Positions 1 through 12,600 of a stretch of 64,000 nucleotides of DNA are shown one piece after another (the stretch's first letter is position 1; each line of letters opens with the position of its first letter). The DNA comes from Nemertoderma westbladi (taxonomy: Eukaryota > Animalia > Xenacoelomorpha). A program made the translations under genes and the position numbers. The notes under the pieces are model-generated. The model worked only from the letters and a program-made list of their open reading frames with translations. It did not search any database and was not told the DNA's origin. The stretch is taken from positions 1-64,000 of the forward strand of contig JAUCBJ010003757.1 in NCBI GenBank assembly GCA_032718475.1, written 5' to 3'.

Positions 1-349
1 CAATGAAAATTCACCCCTCTCCAGGGGGAATTCGACGCAAATAACAGCTGATTATTCTCAAAAATAAAACTGTAACCTGTTCTATTGTGGGGTTAGTTTA
101 TTGTTATGTTTAAAATAACTTACCAATGTAACCTGCTCCTTTCCCTAAATTGAGAATTTAACATTGAGGCGGGTATTAATTCGCCAGAGGAGGGATTTGC
201 GTCCAGTTTCCCCCCTGTCTCCAAAGTAGAGTGATAATATGATCGAGTTTTTTCACATAAGTAAAAGACTACGTCAACTCTATCATGAAAGACTGAATCG
301 GCCTATCCTTTTGAGTACCAACTCAATAACATTATTACTCTATTATTAC

Positions 350-930
350 TTTGAAGGCATTTTCACTTTACACAAACTTTTCAGATCATTGCAGGTCGAA
401 TGAGCCTGTTCTAAATTATCGAAGGTAATTTGAAGTATATTTTTTTTTAGTGATGTCCATATATCGCTTACCCCTCATATGTTAAGCCAGCATGCACCTT
501 TGGCTAAATATCCCATGAACTAATCATTCCAGTCCTAATTTGAAGGTGTCTAGATACACTAATATAATTGCGGTTCCAATGAGGCTATTCTCGATTCTGT
601 GGCATAATTAGAAGTATCATTTTTGGTGGGTATGCATAAATTGATGTGACGCGATGATGTTGAGTTCAACTGACAAATCCTTTTGTCCAATATATTTTGA
701 AGGTGCCTCTACACGGCATCGATCATTGCTGTCTATTCTTCATGAATCTATTCTTGGCAAGTGGCATAAATATAATAGAAGTATCATTTTTAGAGAATAA
801 GCAAGCATATCGTTTTGACGCGATGATGTTGAGTTCAACGTGACGACGCCTTTTGAGCAATATCTCGAGAAAGTGTCTACTCCCATTAAGTCGATCGTTG
901 AGGTGCGAATGAGCCTAAGATTAGTATTCT
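350..930. repeat. Degenerate ~170 bp tandem repeat (about 3 copies)
   Basis: TAGAAGTATCATTTTT...GACGCGATGATGTTGAGTTCAAC recurs at ~609-671 and ~777-839. TTGAAGG(T/C) blocks recur near 351, 540 and 697. Confidence 0.5.
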
Positions 931-1002
931 ACGGGTTCAAGAAGTTGGTCAACACAATCTTATTTGGGGTGATTTTATTTTATTTGGTGTTGAATAATAT
1001 TT

Positions 1003-1358
1003 TGCCCCCTTCATGGGGACACACTAGCCCACTTCACGTAGACACACTAGCCCCTTCACGTGGACACACTAGCCCCTTTCACGTGGATACACTGCCCCCT
1101 TCACGTGGACACACTAGCCCACTTAACGTGGACACACTAGCCCACTTAACATGGACACACTAGCCCCCTCCGTATAGCACACTAGCCCCCTTCACGGGGA
1201 CACACTAGCACCCTTCACGGGGAAACACTAGCCCCCTTCACGGGGAAACAATAGCCCCCTTCACGGGGACACACTAGCTCCCTTCACGGGGAAACACTAG
1301 CCCCCCTTCACGGGGACACACGAGCCCCCTTCACGTGGACACACTAGCCCCTTTTACG
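1003..1358. repeat. GC-rich minisatellite, 21-23 bp unit (ACTAGCCCCCTTCACGGGGACAC), about 16 copies
   Basis: Direct tandem copies are visible and account for the repetitive C-terminus of ORF 840..1163. Confidence 0.9.
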
Positions 1359-3534
1359 GGGCAGAAGCCGCGGGTAACCAGTAAAACATGTTGGTAATTC
1401 CGTATTTGTTGTTGAATGTTGTTTGTGTTCCTGGAGGATACATACACTTGAATCACCTCAGAAGTTCTATATATAAAAAATATATATAATATTTTTAATA
1501 GCATGAGGGAGAACGTCTGACAGAAAAAAATATTGATCGACAACTGCTGAGATTGTCAGCCCGATTGAGTAGCTCCTGGTAGTTAAGTCTTTTTCCGCCC
1601 AACATTGAAACCTGTGCATTTTGGATGTTGCACATGGTAGCGATGGCGAAAAGCAAAAAAAACATAGAAGTAAAGTTTGTTATTCTAACCAAAACAATAA
1701 GTAGTACAGCTAAAAGTTATTTTTGATGATAAAAAAAATATTTTGATGACAAAAAATAATTATTAATGATATAAATTTAATATTAATAGCTGTTTGGGTT
1801 GGGGGGTAGGGGCAACTGCAGCACTGCGGGGGGGGGGGGGGGGGGTGGGGGCAGCACTAGTGCTGGGAGGGCTTAGGAGGGCTAAGTCGAAATGATATCA
1901 CCATATATCATCGCTCGCGTTTCGCAAGGTGATTGATTACGGGCGAAATTAAAAGAAGGTAAGTTACTAAATAAAAAGCTACTAACTATTAATTATCAAC
2001 ATGTTGCAATATGTAGAGAAAATTCACAGAATTCAGTAATTATAAAAATTAGATAAAATAAGAATATATATAACTGCACCACTAAAACTATATTAATATT
2101 TAAAACTTATAAACCAACACCAAATCCGTAAGTTACAAACCAGACAATCTAAGCCTTGTAACAAAATCCAATCTCACTCCTCCTTCAAAATTTGACATCA
2201 TCAATTGGTATCATATCATAGTCATGGAGTCGCTTCAATCAAGTGCATAAGCCGCATACATCTTGAAATCGTAATATACTTATCTAGTCAATCGTGATAA
2301 AATCACTGTCTGTCATAAAACGGATCAAGCAGAAATGAAAATCGTGATTGATTTCGGACTAATAGAACCAGCCCGACACAAATACAGAGCCTGTACCAGT
2401 CCCTGTCGAAACTGTACCAAAAATTTTAAACATAAAACTGAAGTGTTTCAACAAACCACAGAAAGTTCAATCAATAGACGTATGAAATTATTACATATTT
2501 ACGGCAGTAATTGCGAATTATTGACAAACCCTAAACTAATGGATTCCCCTTTGTAAGAATATTATCATTCGTTCCAGTTACAGAAATAAATGGGTGACAC
2601 AAAATGCAAACAAAAGATAGGTAAAATTAAAGATGAACAATATATTCCTAATAACCCAATATCACTGTCTAATGTTCATCTCAGCAACAATTCCAAAATT
2701 TATGTGTAATTTGAGGTGAATAAATGGTGTGCAGCAGCCAGCAAGCAAACAATAAGAAGCATAGACCATGGACTCGAGCACGCATCTACAAAGTGTTTAA
2801 CTACTAACATTTAAAATGTCAAAAAGGTGGACAATTTTATAAAATACAACATTCAGAAGACAATGAAGTTACCACCGGTAATTATTACTTATATACATGG
2901 AATTATAAATAAGTTTAACAAGTGAAGTAAAGTAAAATTGACGTTGCTTACCAATAAGTGGTAGGTATTTCTCCGAATGGAGGCTTTACCAGGAAAGTGA
3001 TTCTGAAAATGGTAATATTGTGAAGTGCCAACCAGGTCTTTATGTGCTGCACTGCATACTGCAAGATCTATTTTCTCTTAAAACCGTCTAAACTCTACGG
3101 TTCTCTCATTCAGTATCCGGCCAGGGAGGAAGCGGGGAAAAAAGAACATAGGGAAAAAAAGTTCCCACGAAATATGGTACACCAACAAAAGGTTGCCAAA
3201 ATTTATTTTTTTTGCAATCTAAGATATTTAAAAAATAAACGATTTTTCTTTATTAATTTCTCCTATTTCCACAAGTTAGGTAGAAAAACTTATCTACGAG
3301 CAGAAACGTGATTAGATCAAGTTTGTGTTCCCGCTTCCCACTTTACATTAAATATGTTTCACTTTGTACTGTACCTGTTCTACACAACATTTGGTCTTCA
3401 CTGTGTTAGTATTTTACGGTTTGACCACTTGAAAAGGCTATTCTTGGCTGTCTGAATGTCGGCAGCTGAAAACTGGCGGTAAGCAACGTCTGGTTCGCAA
3501 ATTGTTGTCCTATGTTTGCCGTACGTAATCATGA

Positions 3535-3986
3535 GGGGTCATCCTTAAATTACATAACGCTTTTTGTACGAAACTGGATCCCCCCCCCCCCCCCCCCCCG
3601 TCACAATGTGTCACGATAGCTCGGATCCGCCATATGTCACCTCACGCAATACGTTCCAAATTTAATAACTTTATATTAATCATACATAGTAATTCGATGA
3701 AATATTTGTTCTTGTCCATTAAGCATTACTCAGCCACTCAGCATACAGCTCAGTTTATTAATAGGCATGGGCCCAAGGCTATGTATAGTCGGACAAGAGG
3801 CTGACTGGCTGGGCACCAAGCTGAGAGTTTTTAGATTGGATAATTTACTTGTCATAATTGACTAGACAATTTTGTTGTGTCACTTTTTTTCCGACCCCCC
3901 ATCCCATATGTCACACACTGTCACGATATGTTGGTACCACCCCCTCCCCTCCCCTCCCGTGCGTTACAATATTTAAGAATGGCCAC
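3535..3986. mobile_element. MITE with ~26 bp terminal inverted repeats, PIF/Harbinger-like
   Basis: Left end GGGGTCATCCTTAAATTACATAACGC matches the reverse complement of the right end GCGTTACAATATTTAAGAATGGCCAC. Flanks are TGA/TTA (imperfect TWA-type TSD). No ORF. Confidence 0.6.
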
Positions 3987-5827
3987 TTACCTGCGAGCTA
4001 TTTTACTTCACGAGCACAACTTTAAATATCAGAGAGCATTTTTTTAACACCATCGAAAAATAAGCAAGAAAATAAAATAAATAATAACTACGATCTATAT
4101 AACTTATATTTATAATGTGATAGTAATATAATAAAGTATATGACATTAGCACAGCAAATGATTAAAAATACACTAAAAGGAAACACAAATTGCAATACAG
4201 TTCCTTTACAAACCTGTAACAATTAATACATCCCATCCGGAAAATATCAGAAAATTTAAGAGATTATTTTAACTGCAAAAAACGGATATTTGGACCGACA
4301 GATTCATAAAAATCACAATTAATCGCGCTTCTAAATAATGTACACTAAAATGACAAAAAAAGCGATAAATTTGTGAGACACAAAATGGCACAAATATAAA
4401 TTCAAAATGAATTGTAATCTTTTAGATCTACTTAGAGTTTGGTAGAAGAAACCCCATCCCGAATCACTTGAAATTAAGTAAAGATAATATTGGTAAGTCT
4501 ATAGTCGGAAATCTCAAAGATTACAACAAGTGTCTACTAAGTACAGCGAGAAAATATGAATTTAGGAAGTATATAGAAGAAAAGTATATACGGTACTTAG
4601 TACTTACTTATTCATGTAAAAATAGCATGTTATGTAGTACAAGATGGACCACTGCCTCAGGAACAACTATAAAAACACAGATGCTACATAGTATCAATGG
4701 TTGCATTAAGAGATGGTTGGTATAATATTCTGATGGTAAATATTATCTGCAAGCTATGGTTTTATCAATAGGCATATGAATAATAATTACACGTAGCCGT
4801 AATTATTAAATAATTAACTTTATATATTAGGATTATATAAGCTTAGTGTATATTAATAAATATTACCCATGAAAGCGTAGCCTTGCCGACTATTGTAGCT
4901 CGAATATTGAAGTGAATTAAGAAACCCATTCGATTCTCATTCTTGTTTTTATGTTTTTAAAAGCAGCTAAGCAGTAGGCCTATTGAATACAGATAAATAA
5001 GTTGTCAGTCCGACAGCATTGTATAATAAGTAAGAATTAAGTTGGTTAAGGTTATCCGGAGTAGGAAAGGGTGTTTACGTTGTACGTCCATTAATTATAA
5101 ATAATAATGGGGTAAGATTGGGTTAGCTAAACTGAAACCTGATATATAAATGCTTTCAAAGTAACTTAAAACTATATTATATCTCCAAGCATAAAGGTGG
5201 AACATAGTAGTGCACAATCGAGTTTGATATCTTATCTAATATATTATAACTATTTATATAGTATATGGCACCAATCCAATATTTTATAGGTCTAGAAATA
5301 ACCCTAATGGTTGCAGCTAACTTGTAAAACACTAAACATATATTTAATAAACCGGTATAGCGTTAGAGGCCGAAGCATTCAAGGTATCGTCACCTGAATA
5401 TTTACACGAATAAAATAAGAAGATGTATGTATCACATACAGCACCCTCTTTATATATATCTAAGTAATATATTGTAAAATAGTAAATAATATATAAATAA
5501 TTGATATGAGTTAATTTCTGTATGATAATGCTGAACTAGAATAAAACCAAGCGAGCAAAACAAATTTGTATATCAAACCAGATTCGAAATCATTAAGAAC
5601 ACAACTCAATATTTACGCTCAGTTGCAATTAATCAGTTAATTGATTAACTATGTTAAACTTCAACGGGGTTATTCTGATAATTAGCATCCATATGGGGAG
5701 ATAGTTAAAAACTATTTATCTCGCATGTCAAAACTGATATCAATTATTTATAATAGAATCTCTAAATATATATGTATACCGGTATATATAATTCATCATC
5801 ACAGCTGCGCGTATATCGGTATGCTAA

Positions 5828-6140
5828 ACTGCGACATAGTCATCATGATAAACATGGATATCGTTATGAGAAACCGGGATATCGTTACGATAAACTGGGA
5901 TATCGTTATAATAAAGCGGGATATCGCGATAATAAACCGTGATATCGCTATAATATTCTGGGACATCGTTATAAAGCGTGGATATCGTACTATTATAAAC
6001 TGGTATATCGCTGCACTGGACTGGGATATCGTTATAATAAACTGGGATATCTTTATGATAAATTAGGATATCGTGTTATGATGACCTGGTATATCATCTG
6101 TTAATCCTGGATATCGTCTGTCAACCGAGTGATATCGTCG
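5828..6140. repeat. 21 bp minisatellite (ATAAACTGGGATATCGTTATA-like) in the TMEM198 3' UTR, overlapping the last codons
   Basis: GATATCG recurs at ~21 nt spacing from ~5858 to 6138. It produces ORF 5725..6066 (INxDIVI repeats). Confidence 0.8.
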
Positions 6141-7282
6141 CCCTGCAGGACAGTGGTCTGCACCAAGGGCTCACTGTCCGCCGATTGGCTGCCCTCATGG
6201 TAACTGCGAACCCTCGCGGGCCGGGTCTCGTCCACCGGGGCGCAAGCTGGCAGCTCGACCACCTCCGGCATGTAGGTAATCCGTCGCAACGTGGATGAGA
6301 GGAACCCGCCCACCCGGTTGTAGTAACTCTGGCTGATCATATCGCCTCCCATCGAACGGCCCACTCGGTGCCGCTTAGGGGTGCGTTCCGTCTCCATTGT
6401 AACGCTATCCGAGCGGTGTCGGTTGCGTTGCCAACTCAGTCTCCGTTTCTCAGCCTCCCCCGCTGCCCTACTCTCTCGGTTCTCCTCTTTAACGCGCTCC
6501 TTACGTCGTCGTATCTTTCGCTTCAGCGTGCTCTCGTGTGAGAAATCCTTCCCGGTAATGCACCACTGAATGGGAACCCCCACAAGGAATAGAATGGGCC
6601 AAATGGCCACTATAAACCAGGTGTACCAGCACAAATAGTCCCGGAAGTTCTGCGCATCCAACTCCCCTTCAGTGTCCAACAGCCGGTTAAATAAAAATTT
6701 AACGCTATAAAAACGATTCAGAAAATAGTCCACGGGTATCATCACCATGACAGCACCAATCAGAGCCGTGCTCACGATAGTCATAGTTCGTTGCCATTGC
6801 AGTATAGCCAATCCGCATAGCGCAGCGCAAGCGAACATAGTAGCTATGGTTACCCAAATCGTAGGGAAGTCAACAAAAATCTGAGCGATGAGCAAAGGGA
6901 TTATAGAGAATACGAGGCCGGCCTGGAGACCGTTGAGGAACAACCCGAACCAGGCGACCATGTAGGTGACGCCAGCGAGAAGAAACCCTCCACCCAACGC
7001 TATGAGCGCGTTGTACAGAGAGGTGAGTACTTGTTCGCTCTGGGCCACTAGATAAACAACGACGGCCCCCGTAATGAATCCACTCATTAGTAGAACCAGT
7101 TTAAACAATCTGTAGCCCGCGAATACGTAGAGGATTCCGACAAAGAAGGAGACGGCTAGGGTGACGACTTCCCCGATCTCGTAGAAGTCAGGGTCCAATG
7201 CGTAGCAATCGATAGTGTGGTTGGGTAGGTTGGAGCCAGGCCAGATCGTAACGGCCGCGTTACTGTCTGAGTTAACAGACAT
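6101..7282 (-). CDS. TMEM198: Transmembrane protein 198-like (DUF4203 family, multi-pass membrane protein), uninterrupted 393 aa ORF
   Basis: About seven hydrophobic segments with family-typical motifs GILYVFAGYRLFK, FGLFLNGLQAG, LQWQRTMTIVSTALIGA, DYF, LCWYTW and GVPIQW, then a basic tail containing GDMISQSY. GC-rich relative to flanks. A likely acceptor (TATTTTCAG, AG at 7324-7323) lies 40 nt upstream of the ATG, so an upstream exon is probable. Confidence 0.88.
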   Translation of the reverse strand: MSVNSDSNAAVTIWPGSNLPNHTIDCYALDPDFYEIGEVVTLAVSFFVGILYVFAGYRLFKLVLLMSGFITGAVVVYLVAQSEQVLTSLYNALIALGGGFLLAGVTYMVAWFGLFLNGLQAGLVFSIIPLLIAQIFVDFPTIWVTIATMFACAALCGLAILQWQRTMTIVSTALIGAVMVMIPVDYFLNRFYSVKFLFNRLLDTEGELDAQNFRDYLCWYTWFIVAIWPILFLVGVPIQWCITGKDFSHESTLKRKIRRRKERVKEENRESRAAGEAEKRRLSWQRNRHRSDSVTMETERTPKRHRVGRSMGGDMISQSYYNRVGGFLSSTLRRITYMPEVVELPACAPVDETRPARVRSYHEGSQSADSEPLVQTTVLQGDDITRLTDDIQD

Positions 7283-9739
7283 TATGGAAGATTTATACAG
7301 AAGTCGATTCCAAGATGTACTTCTGAAAATATTATGTAAAAGGAATACACCGGTACAACAAAGTTAGCTGTACCTTTATCAACAGGTGGCGGTGTGAAAG
7401 TAATCGTATCATATAGCATCATATAGTAATAATCATAATATTTCGTTAAAACCACAAATCATCATCGACATATTATTTTACAATGTAAGTAATCGCAATC
7501 GTATATCATCTGCTTTTTAGCCGTTGCTATGATATTCTTGAAAATAATTTCATAAGACCGTTAGAATATGTGAATATATATATATACAGTCAGATACATA
7601 CCGATATTAGGCCTATATTATAAATCGTTCTAATCACTGTCATTTACACTTTACACATAGGCCTAATCCCAGGAATATTCTCTTGATTAATATCAATTGA
7701 CAACACTCTATAAATAATGAAGTTAACCAGATAGACATAAAATAATCTAATCACGTTACATTTTTTATCCAAAATGTATAGGCCTACATCACACAACTTT
7801 GTAATATAGAACATTTCAACTCTGGCTTACAAACATGACACAGAGGCATTAATATATATATAATATAGTCTGTAATGAAGTAAAGGCTTTATTTCAAGAA
7901 GCTGAGAACAGGAGAAGGGTAACTGTAAATAACTGTCTGGACAATCTAGAAATGTTATTTAGACGATTATTTCCCACAGACCATAGACTTAGTGCTAAGA
8001 TAGATTCATGCCCGTTTAATTAAAGTAGAAAATATGAAATAAGGCTATGTGTAAAATGTGGCTATTTGTCTGATTGTTAATTAAACAAAAGATGCATTAA
8101 TAGGCCTACAATACTGCAATAGGCTTATATTTACTTTTATTGTTAATGCAATACCGGTATATCAGTATATAGAGTTAGACACCTGCCTCGGAACATACCG
8201 GTATTGCTGATAAGTATCAATACATAATTCTATCTGACCAGCTGACTGTCTGAGTTCAACTCTCTATTAGCGATGTACACTTTTATTTTAACATGTAATA
8301 ATATTTTAGCGTACCGGTATTTTCATTTCGTTTGTAATCTTATTTTAATATGGTGGCATAGTATATGGTATAGGCCTAGCCTAAGTCGTTTTGTTTTCAT
8401 TCACTGTTCAACTTTGTCCTGTTTTATTATGAGCCGCAGTTTTATGTATAGGCCTACGCTTCTATGACAGCGGTGTCTCCACCCAAAATAATATATAAAT
8501 AATAATAGGCCTACTGTAATCAGGTAATTGTAATAGGCCTAATAATAATGCGTCTGGCAGTCTGGTGGGTTGGGTACCAAACTGCCAACGGCTGACCGCG
8601 ACCGGTAGCCTATGTCCTGATGTCGTATCGTAACCAGTCAGGCAGGTAGGCCTAATGGCTGGTGTAGTAGGTACTGTAGTAGTACCTGAGTACGGTAGTA
8701 CAGTAGTCACTGTACAGCACTCACTGGATCAGCAGATGTAGTACAGTAGTAGGCCTACTGCTCTGCTGCTACCGAATACCGGTCAGCCGCCAGCCGGTAC
8801 CGGCAGACCGGTACCGTACTGTAACTGAATTGGGCGAAGAATGCACAACTGCTGAACTGCACAAGCCTTGCAGCCTTGACTACTTTACATACGGTAGGCC
8901 TATTACAGTAGTAGGCCTATTACCGGTATGCTTTTCACTTTTGCTTTCGTCATTAAACAACGAACAGCTGATACTACAACAATGAAAACATCACAGCAGA
9001 GCATAGCTCAGTATCCAATCGCACGCAATACCAAGGACACCTTTCTGCCTTTGTCCTATACAGCTATAGACACACAACTGCATCATAAGTCAGTAAATGT
9101 AAATGGTGACTCTGGACCCCCCCCCCCCCCCCCCCCCCCCCCTTACCGCCAAGGCGTACGCCTTGCTCACCACCCACCCACAATCTCAATAAAGATTGTT
9201 GTAGAAAATTAGGGGGGGGGGGGGGGGGGGTGGTTTCATGAAGCCTACCTGAAATACAATAAGACACTTTATTCCATACACATGATGCTTGTGATTTGTG
9301 TAGATCGATTGCGCCCGAGCCTATATTTAATTACTAAAACAATCTAGAACATAGTTTTCTAATAATAAATCATTTATTGGGTGCTAAAATTGTTCGTGTT
9401 AGTAATAACACGAACTTTGTGTTCCTATTTCATATTTGATTGCAGATTTGGAACCTCTGCAAGTTATACTGTAAGTGTGATTACTGATTCCTAGCTCAGG
9501 GCGATTGTAGGGCCTTATCGCCCCTTGCACCTTTATCGCCCCTGGCCCTTATCGCCCCCTGGGAACTTATCGCCCCTCAAATGGTCCTTTATCGCCCCTT
9601 GGGAACATATCGCCCCCGGGTCTTTATCGCCCCTGGGTCTTTATCGCCCCTGGTAACTTATCCCCACTGTGACAAATATGAATTTTGAATGGGAGTAGCT
9701 TTGGTATTGGTATTGGTGTCGTTTATTTGTGTCATAAGA

Positions 9740-10500
9740 GTCTGTATCTGGAGGACAAATCGAAGGAATATATCAACTTACTTAATAGCTACGGATTTGT
9801 ACAATTAATTAATTCACCTACTCGTATTAGCTCCTGGACTACTGTAATAATACCGGTTCAACTATTCAAACTGAATCTATCATAGATCATGTAATTACAA
9901 ATGTTACATCTTGTTTATCAACATCGGGAACTTTTAAAGTAAACATCGGTACCGGTACATCAGACACCATCAACCCACCTTTACTTGGCTCCAAAACTAT
10001 TCCTGTTATTTTAAAAAAGCTGATCATCATACGGCATTTCACTTTTCAAATTTCAATATTACAAACTTTCTTCACGATATTCAACTAACTTCTAACTGGT
10101 CTTACACTGATAAAAAAGTTGAAAATATTGAAAAATGTAATGTTTTTTTATGACAAACTGAAGAAAATTTGCAATAAACACGTCCCGACAAAACACATAA
10201 CGGCAAACCGTAAAATTCCGGATATACCGTTCCGGATGTCGGATTCTCTTCTAGCTTGCACCTTACAGAAAAATAAATTATATCGTACTGTAATTATCTA
10301 AAATCTCCATCTGGGGCTAACCACAACATTTATAAAAAAAATGCCGCAATAAATGAACTTCCACATTGCGTGCCGCATAAAAATTATACTATCAAACAAA
10401 ATTTCAGGAAAGTGGAGATAATATTAGGAAAACGTGGGTTTATTATAAACTCTGCCCTGCATAGGAATCGGAAGTCTAGCATCCCAAAACAATTAACGAT
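9740..10500 (+). pseudogene. Degenerate CR1/L2-type LINE ORF2 fragment (end of AP endonuclease plus linker)
   Basis: Frameshifted motifs NLLNSYGFVQLINSPTR, IIDHVITN, FYDKLKKICNKHVP and YYQTKFQESGDNIRKTW. Confidence 0.65.
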
Positions 10501-11052
10501 AAAAACGTGGGTGACTACGTGGCCGACACCCACTTTTTAAACTCGAATTTGTGGAACTCCAGTAGTTTTCAGTGGACTCATTATGTGTTCTCATATAGAG
10601 CTTCGAATTTGGGGTAGTATAAGCATTACTCTGGTTGACCTTGAATTAACAACTTCCTACAAATTAATAGTAAAAAACAACCGAAAATGTGGGTTTGCTC
10701 CAACGTCCGACACCATCGTATTGACCATATGCTAATCTTGTCATCAAAGTCAGGTACGGTAATTCAATATTGCAATAGAATCAACCCAAAATTTGCTGAA
10801 TGTGGTGTAAATTGTCTTCGGCTACTTGTTTTCTTACCCGCTCCGTTATAAATAAAAACAATATGTTATAAAATATGTTATAAATAGAGTATATTAAAAT
10901 CATTAATAATTAAACTGCATGTATACTGACATAGGTAAAATTTGAATAGTATGTACAAAGGTCTAGTGCAAAAAATACGTTAAAATAAATCGAGTTGATA
11001 AAAATAGTAAGATTTAAGCTCAGTAAGTTAGGGTATGCCTGTACGCTGTCAA

Positions 11053-11405
11053 GGGTGGTCTTCCACATTAAAGGAATGCCTGTTCACCACCATGGGTGAT
11101 CTTCCACATTTAACCCTCCACTCTGTTTCCTAAAGGAATGCCTGTTCACCTCCATGGTTGATCTTCCACAGTAAACCCTTCCACTCCGTTTCCTAAAGGA
11201 ATGCCTGTTCACCACCATGGGTGATCTTCCACAGTAAACCCTTCCACTCCGTTTCCTAAAGGAATGCCTGATCACCACCATGGGTGATCTTTCACATTAA
11301 ACCCTTCCACACTGTTTCCTAAAGGAATGCCTGTTCACCTCCATGGTTGATCTTCCACAGTAAACCCTTCCACTCTGTTTCCTATAGGAATGCATGTTCA
11401 TCACC
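11053..11405. repeat. 63 bp tandem repeat, about 5.5 copies, inside the TIR element
   Basis: AAGGAATGCCTGTTCACCACCATGGGTGATCTTCCACAGTAAACCCTTCCACTCCGTTTCCTA repeats; 21 aa periodicity in ORF 11084..11281. Confidence 0.9.
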
Positions 11406-12417
11406 CTACAGTCTGTTAGAGGAAGTTCGAGAAAGTTGGGGAAAAGTATCCTGTATATAAGGACAGGGGCGATAAAGGACGAGGGGCGATAAGTTCTTAA
11501 AAACTCAGAACAGGGGGGCGATAAGTTCCCAACAAAAATGCAATTTATAGGGGCGATAAAGTTCCAGGGGCGATAAGGTCCTGCTTCGCTCAGGCGAGGG
11601 AATGAATAGCTGGACTGTAAAATGATAGGCCTAAATACATTAATTTATAATCTATCTACAGGATGGTGTACCTGACTACTATATATGCTGTGTGTCCTAC
11701 CGACGGCTCTGCCGCATTCTCACCCGCCGAATAAAGTAATCTCAACCGCCTTATAAAACTATAGGCCTACTGTACTGTACATTATGTACCATCCTTGATA
11801 TACGTATGACCTGACCAATAATAGTCATATTTTCATTAGTTTGAATAATTTTATCGATGATAGTAATTAGTTTATGTCAAGGATTATTATAACCTTTGCG
11901 TTTTGACTAATTATTGTCTATTATGTGTCATATACATTGTTAGGTAGGCACAGTATAAGAGGATATTGATAGATATACAGTATTACTGTATATGTATAGA
12001 AATGACGTTGTGTTATATGCCAGCTTATCATTGTTTATTATTATATTCAGAACGCTCGCTGACTTTAACTTTCTAAATACAGGACACCTCGATACTAACT
12101 TCCAGTATTAGAGAATATGCCAAGAAAATTAATTTGTCAGAAATGTCGGAAATGAATAGGCATGATAACGAAAAGTTGATCGACTACCCGAACGGAATTC
12201 ACGAAGGAGCAAAATAGCGAGAACCGGTCGCAGTACGACTATGAGCGATGATGAAGATGAATACTAAGTGGGTTCCCAACTGAACATGTGAACATGATGT
12301 TCACATGTGAACTGAACAAATGGTGCGCGATGTGCGGTTCTCATTCTGCAAAGGTTAAAGATAAAAAAAAAAAAAAATTATCTTGATCCTTATTTTTTTC
12401 GTACTCGCATGGAAAAA

Positions 12418-12600
12418 CGAGTCGTTTAGTCTAGAGTTGACATTTCGGACTTTCAATCAAGAACTACTGGTTCGATCCTTAAAGGATCAGCTCTTTTCGG
12501 ACACAGTGATTTAAATGCCTCAGCCTAGACCAAACCCAGGCGTTCATCTTGGATTGGTCGTTAAATGGGAATCAAGGTAATTTCGGAAACAAATTGGAAG
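12418..12600 (+). mobile_element. Probable tRNA-derived SINE remnant
   Basis: A-box-like TAGTCTAGAGTTG, anticodon-arm-like GGACTTTCAATC, B-box GGTTCGATCC, then a SINE-core-like CCCAGGCGTTCATC...GGTCGTTAAATGGG. Does not form a complete cloverleaf. Confidence 0.45.

Larger units (their letters stand above)
9501..11589. mobile_element. Non-autonomous DNA transposon (~2.1 kb) with imperfect TIRs, subterminal TTATCGCCCC repeats and a 5 bp TSD
   Basis: GCGA...TCGC termini flanked by TCAGG at 9496-9500 and 11590-11594. About 9 TATCGCCCC copies at the left end face about 5 GGGGCGATAA copies at the right end. Confidence 0.7.

Noticed and set aside
23-216. Inverted pair GGGGGAATTCGACGCAAAT / ATTTGCGTCCAGTTTCCCCC
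   Set aside because: Probably a MITE remnant, but it is imperfect and at the window edge, so boundaries cannot be defined.
1331-1692. Two short minus-strand ORFs, one with LNYQELLNRADNL faintly like adenylate-forming enzymes
   Set aside because: Too short, with no convincing splice pair or further motifs; a BLASTx search would be needed.
12100-12270. Exon-like purine-rich stretch as a candidate upstream paxillin exon
   Set aside because: Short frames closed by stops and no LD motif; at most a 5' UTR exon.
12418-12490. Functional tRNA-Glu gene
   Set aside because: B-box and a TTC loop are present, but the acceptor and D stems do not pair; better explained as a SINE head.
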